Shown: piece after piece, positions 59,828 to 64,000 of the stretch | Layout of the letters: the number at the start of each line of letters is the position of its first letter | How positions within the stretch are numbered: the first letter of the stretch is position 1 | From: Anolis carolinensis | Lineage: Eukaryota | DNA: 64,000 nucleotides | Reading direction: 5' to 3' | Assembly: GCF_035594765.1 (NCBI RefSeq) | Contig: NC_085846.1 | Span: forward strand, 20,447,190 to 20,511,189 | The notes under the pieces: model-generated | What the model was told of the DNA's origin: nothing | Seen by the model: the letters and a program-made list of their open reading frames with translations, nothing else | Databases searched by the model: none | Made by a program: the position numbers and the translations under genes

Positions 59828-62800
59828 AGAGGCTCGCCAACCCGGTCAAAAAATCCATTCAAGAGCCGCCAACCGGGGTCCTGTTCCTTCTCGTGGTCAC
59901 ATTATGGTCAGCAAAAAGGGGACCCGTCATGATCCACGCCATGATAGACTCTGGAGCTACCAACAACTTCATTGATAGAGAGTATGCCGACTCTCTGGGA
60001 TTACAATATCATGATTTCAAGAATGCCCGTGTGGTGCAAGCCATAGACGGCCGCCCCCTCAAGACGGGCCCCGTAAGTCAATGGTCGGAACCCACCAGGA
60101 TGTGGATAAGAGAACATATGGAAGAGATTTCCTTCTTTGTTACCGAGGTTCCCCATTTCCCTGTGATTTTGGGAATTCCATGGCTGACTCTCCACGACCC
60201 TAACATCTCCTGGTCCAACAGAGAACTGCAGTTTGCTTCACCGTATTGCCAAAACCATTGCCTCGTAGCCAAGGTATGCCATGCCACAGACACCGAGCCC
60301 ATCATCACCTTGCCAAAGAAGTACTCCGAGTATTGGGATGTATTCAATGAGAAAGAAGCCGAGAAATTACCCCCACATAGACCTTATGACTGTGCCATTG
60401 ACTTGGTGGAGGGGGCCCCGATCCCGCGAGGGCATCTCTACTCCCTGACTGAACCAGAGCAAGAAGCTCTCAGGGAATTCCTAGAGACAAACCTTCGCAA
60501 GGGATTCATCAGACCCTCTCAATCCCCAGCCGCCTCTCCAGTGATGTTTGTGAAGAAGAAGTCAGGGGAACTACGATTGGTGGTGGACTACAGAGCATTG
60601 AACAATATCACCAAGCGGAACAGCTATCCCCTGCCCTTAATCTCGGATCTACTGGATCGGCTTCGAGGAGCCAAGGTTTACACCAAGCTGGATCTTCGGG
60701 GGGCTTACAACTTAGTTCGCATCAGGGAAGGGGACGAGTGGAAGACCGCCTTCCAGACCAAATTCGGATTATTCGAGTCCCGAGTTATGAATTTCGGTTT
60801 ATGCGGAGCCCCCGCAACGTTCCAGCATTTTGTCAATGACATTTTTCAGGACTATCTGGACAGGTTCTTGATAATCTACCTGGACGATTTTTTGGTGTTT
60901 TCTAGATCACAATCAGAACATGAGAACCACGTCAAAATGGTGTTACAACGATTGCGGGATCATGGACTTTATGCCAAACTGGAAAAATGCGCCTTTGATC
61001 TACAAGAGGTAGATTTCCTTGGTTACCGCATCTCGCCTTTAGGGCTCTCCATGGATCCAGCCAAGGTTTCAGCAGTATTGGAATGGCGGGCGCCGACTAA
61101 CAAGAAAGAGGTGCAGCGTTTCTTGGGGTTCGCGAATTATTACCGCAAGTTCATTCCAGATTTTGCCCACTGGTCTGACCCAATCACTAGCTGCATCCGT
61201 GGAAAACAGCCCTTCCGCTGGACTGATCAAGCAGAGAAAGGGTTCCAGCAACTAAAGAAATTATTCACGTCCCAGCCAATTCTACAGCACCCAGATCCTG
61301 GAACCCCTTTTGTTGTGCAAGCGGACGCCTCGGATGTGGCAATTGGGGCTGTACTCTTACAACCGGTGGGAGACCACCTTCATCCCTGTGCCTTTTACTC
61401 CCGTCAACTAACCACACCAGAGAAAAATTATACCATTTGGGAAAAAGAACTACTGGCCATAAAGGCAGCTTTTGAAACTTGGAGACATTGGCTAGAAGGG
61501 GCCAAATTTCCCATTGAAGTCCACACTGATCATCGTAATCTAGAACACCTAAGAACTGCCCGCAAACTAAACCAGAGGCAGCAACGTTGGGCTTTATTCT
61601 TTGAACGTTTCAACTTCCAGATCCATTATGTGACCCCAGCCCAAACCAAGCAAGCAGACGCCCTGTCACGTAAACCGGAATACGCTGCAGGACGCAAGGA
61701 GACCTTTGAATCCCAACTGCTACAACCCGAGAACTTTGCCACGCTCACGGTGGGGAACACCAAATCCATTCCCATTGGTTCAACTTCCCCTACTCCAGGA
61801 CCCATCTGTGCTCAAGAAATCAGGGCTAGTCAGCAAGCAGATGCCTGGGCGCAGGACCAACTTCGCCAAGGTCTGCATTTTCCCTTTTCGCTTAAAGATG
61901 GGCTGCTCTGCTATAGAAATCATGTTTATATCCCACCCGGACCGGGCAGGGAAAAAGCGCTTCGCCTGTGTCATGACTGCAAACCAGCAGGACACTTCGG
62001 ACTATTTAAAACTATGCATTTGATCCTAAGGGATTTTTGGTGGCCCAAGATCCGCAAGGATGTAGAAAAATATGTCAACACCTGCCCAGTATGCCAGCGC
62101 TCCAAGATACGAAGGGAAAAGCCCTCAGGGCTTTTACACCCCCTTCCTACCCCATCTCGCCCATGGGAAATAATTTCCGCGGATTTCATCACTGACCTAC
62201 CACCTTCCTGTGGATTCACCACGATCTTAGTGGTGGTGGACCTTTTCACCAAGTTAGCCCATTTCATTCCCTGCGAAGGCCTCCCCACGGCCAAAGAAAC
62301 TGCGGATCTATTTCTTCAGCATGTTTTCAGACTACATGGATTGCCCAAGAGTTTAGTCACAGACCGTGGATCTCAATTCACCTCTCGTTTTTGGAAGGCA
62401 CTACAAAAACTACTGGGCATAGACTCTCGCTTATCTTCAGCTCATCATCCCCAAACAGATGGGCAAACGGAGCGCACCAATGCCACTTTGGAGCAGTATC
62501 TTCGCTGTTATGTAAACTACCAACAGGACAATTGGGCTTCTCTGTTACCACTGTCCGAGTTTGCCTACAATAATGGAGTTCAAGCTTCTACAAAAGAAAC
62601 GCCGTTCTTTGCAAACTACGGCTTCCATCCACGTTTCTTTCCCCCTGTCATTGAAACTTCAGAAGTTCCCGCAGCAGAGGATTGGTTGCAGGAACTCACA
62701 GCGGTGCAACAACTTTTGCTCCAGCAACTGGACCAAGCCAAAGAGGACTATAAACGCCACGCTGACAAACACCGCCAGCCGGGCCCTGAAATCAAGGTAG

Positions 62801-63567
62801 GAGATCGGGTTTTTCTGTCCACTCGCTTTCTGCCCTCCCACCGCCCTTGCCGGAAGTTAGATGCCCGTTTCATCGGCCCCTATCCAGTGGTGGCGCAATT
62901 AAACCCCGTGACTTTCAAACTCCAACTTCCGCGTTCAATGCGCATCCACCCAGTGTTTCACCGTTCCCTGCTCCTTCCGGCGGATGGTGTGCGTCCTGAT
63001 ACAGACCAACCGGCCCCCCCTCCTGTTTTGATGAATGGGGAGGAGGAGTTCGAGGTTGAGGACATTTTGGATTCTCGCTTTCATCGCCGCCGCCTACAAT
63101 ATCTCATTGACTGGGTGGGTTTTGGGCCTGAGGAACGCTCTTGGGAAGACGCCTCCACAGTCCATGCTCCTGATCTAACCCGTCGCTTTCATCTGACCTA
63201 TCCCACCAAACCGCGACCTCGCGCCTCGGGGAGAGGATCCCAGTTTGGGAGGGGCCCTGAGGAGGGGGATAGTGTGATGAACCATGGGCCTTGTAGTCCT
63301 GCTCAGGACATTGTAATTCCTGATGAAGATGAAAACTTGGGTTTTTTACCTTCCCAGTCTGAACTGGATTCCTCTCAGCCAGATCTTTCCCAGGCAGATC
63401 TGGGAACCTTGCACCTGCAAGAAAGTTGTGCCCCAGAAGTATGTCAAACAACCCCAGAGCCTACTTCTCCCGTGTTCTTGCGCCGGGAGTTTTGTAAACA
63501 ACAGAGAAGTTTGGATTCAGCTTCGCGCAGGAGTGCGAGGATAGCAGCTAAGAATGTTGCCAATTAA
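59782..63567 (+). CDS. pol: Pol (protease, RT, RNase H, integrase, chromodomain, LTR-encoded tail), -1 frame relative to gag
   Basis: IDSGA, YLDD, DASD, HHCC zinc finger, D..D(TDRGSQF)..E, GPY, chromodomain; frame open from 59782, overlapping gag by 46 nt. Confidence 0.96.
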   Translation, partial: ADWHTAGGGSQRPGVERLANPVKKSIQEPPTGVLFLLVVTLWSAKRGPVMIHAMIDSGATNNFIDREYADSLGLQYHDFKNARVVQAIDGRPLKTGPVSQWSEPTRMWIREHMEEISFFVTEVPHFPVILGIPWLTLHDPNISWSNRELQFASPYCQNHCLVAKVCHATDTEPIITLPKKYSEYWDVFNEKEAEKLPPHRPYDCAIDLVEGAPIPRGHLYSLTEPEQEALREFLETNLRKGFIRPSQSPAASPVMFVKKKSGELRLVVDYRALNNITKRNSYPLPLISDLLDRLRGAKVYTKLDLRGAYNLVRIREGDEWKTAFQTKFGLFESRVMNFGLCGAPATFQHFVNDIFQDYLDRFLIIYLDDFLVFSRSQSEHENHVKMVLQRLRDHGLYAKLEKCAFDLQEVDFLGYRISPLGLSMDPAKVSAVLEWRAPTNKKEVQRFLGFANYYRKFIPDFAHWSDPITSCIRGKQPFRWTDQAEKGFQQLKKLFTSQPILQHPDPGTPFVVQADASDVAIGAVLLQPVGDHLHPCAFYSRQLTTPEKNYTIWEKELLAIKAAFETWRHWLEGAKFPIEVHTDHRNLEHLRTARKLNQRQQRWALFFERFNFQIHYVTPAQTKQADALSRKPEYAAGRKETFESQLLQPENFATLTVGNTKSIPIGSTSPTPGPICAQEIRASQQADAWAQDQLRQGLHFPFSLKDGLLCYRNHVYIPPGPGREKALRLCHDCKPAGHFGLFKTMHLILRDFWWPKIRKDVEKYVNTCPVCQRSKIRREKPSGLLHPLPTPSRPWEIISADFITDLPPSCGFTTILVVVDLFTKLAHFIPCEGLPTAKETADLFLQHVFRLHGLPKSLVTDRGSQFTSRFWKALQKLLGIDSRLSSAHHPQTDGQTERTNATLEQYLRCYVNYQQDNWASLLPLSEFAYNNGVQASTKETPFFANYGFHPRFFPPVIETSEVPAAEDWLQELTAVQQLLLQQLDQAKEDYKRHADKHRQPGPEIKVGDRVFLSTRFLPSHRPCRKLDARFIGPYPVVAQLNPVTFKLQLPRSMRIHPVFHRSLLLPADGVRPDTDQPAPPPVLMNGEEEFEVEDILDSRFHRRRLQYLIDWVGFGPEERSWEDASTVHAPDLTRRFHLTYPTKPRPRASGRGSQFGRGPEEGDSVMNHGPCSPAQDIVIPDEDENLGFLPSQSELDSSQPDLSQADLGTLHLQESCAPEVCQTTPEPTSPVFLRREFCKQQRSLDSASRRSARIAAKNVAN
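63259..63272 (+). other. Polypurine tract
   Basis: GAGGAGGGGGATAG immediately before the 3' LTR. Confidence 0.9.
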
Positions 63568-64000
63568 CACTGGTTCTCGTGAGAATCTTTAAGGAGTTTA
63601 ACATCTGGTCTCAGAGTTTAGCTTTCGTTTCTGATTCCCAGAGAACCGCTTTGGTGAGAAAGTTGGACTCTATATAGGTGTTTTGCCCGCGTAGCAACTT
63701 CGCGGAGTCAATTCGTCAGCCTACGGAGCGAGTCGTGTCTGGACAGCGCGTTCCGATTCAAGCCTCGCTCATGCTCAAGCCTTGCCTTGCTATCCAGCCT
63801 TCGCCTTGCTTCCCAGCCTTGTTTACCTGCGGACCTTGCCTTGATTCCCAGGACTAATCCTTGCCTTGTTTCACGGATTTTACCAAGTTATTCCACGGAC
63901 CTTGTTCTTGTTCTTAGTTACCTTGTTCCACGTTCAAGCCTTGTTACTAGTATCAAGTTATTTCCTAGCCACGCTCAAGTTTTATGGACTAAAGGACCTT
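63273..64000 (+). repeat. 3' LTR (partial)
   Basis: No mismatch seen by eye against 57827-58554. Confidence 0.96.

Larger units (their letters stand above)
57827..64000 (+). mobile_element. Full-length Ty3/Gypsy chromovirus (sushi/Tf1 group) LTR retrotransposon; 3' LTR runs off the window
   Basis: LTR-gag-pol(PR-RT-RH-IN-chromodomain)-PPT-LTR with intact ORFs. Confidence 0.98.

Overview
Vertebrate (squamate, most likely Anolis-type lizard, inferred from Sauria SINE, CR1, Dong/R4 and SPIN content) genomic DNA containing a tandem, all-plus-strand cluster of single-coding-exon olfactory receptor genes of OR14-like type: five apparently intact genes (19368, 25122, 37554, 46480, 56516), three frameshifted copies (~1945, 11321, 30674) and two short remnants (10510, ~28900). 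The cluster looks like repeated ~11-12 kb two-gene units (type A 'MYN..' plus type B 'M(S/N)NFTS') that have been eroded by deletions and homogenised locally. It is interspersed with CR1, L2 and Dong/R4 LINE fragments, SINEs, hAT/pogo MITEs and nested solo LTRs, and has a 215-N assembly gap. The window ends in a very young, apparently intact Ty3/Gypsy chromovirus (sushi/PEG10-like). Its most interesting properties are visible in the sequence: a Tf1-like self-priming complement in place of a tRNA PBS, a non-canonical -1 frameshift site with a pseudoknot, and a Pol ORF that runs ~98 codons into the 3' LTR. That extension ends in an HMGN-like RRSARIAA motif, which is also conserved in a diverged solo LTR elsewhere in the window. 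All alignments were made by eye.
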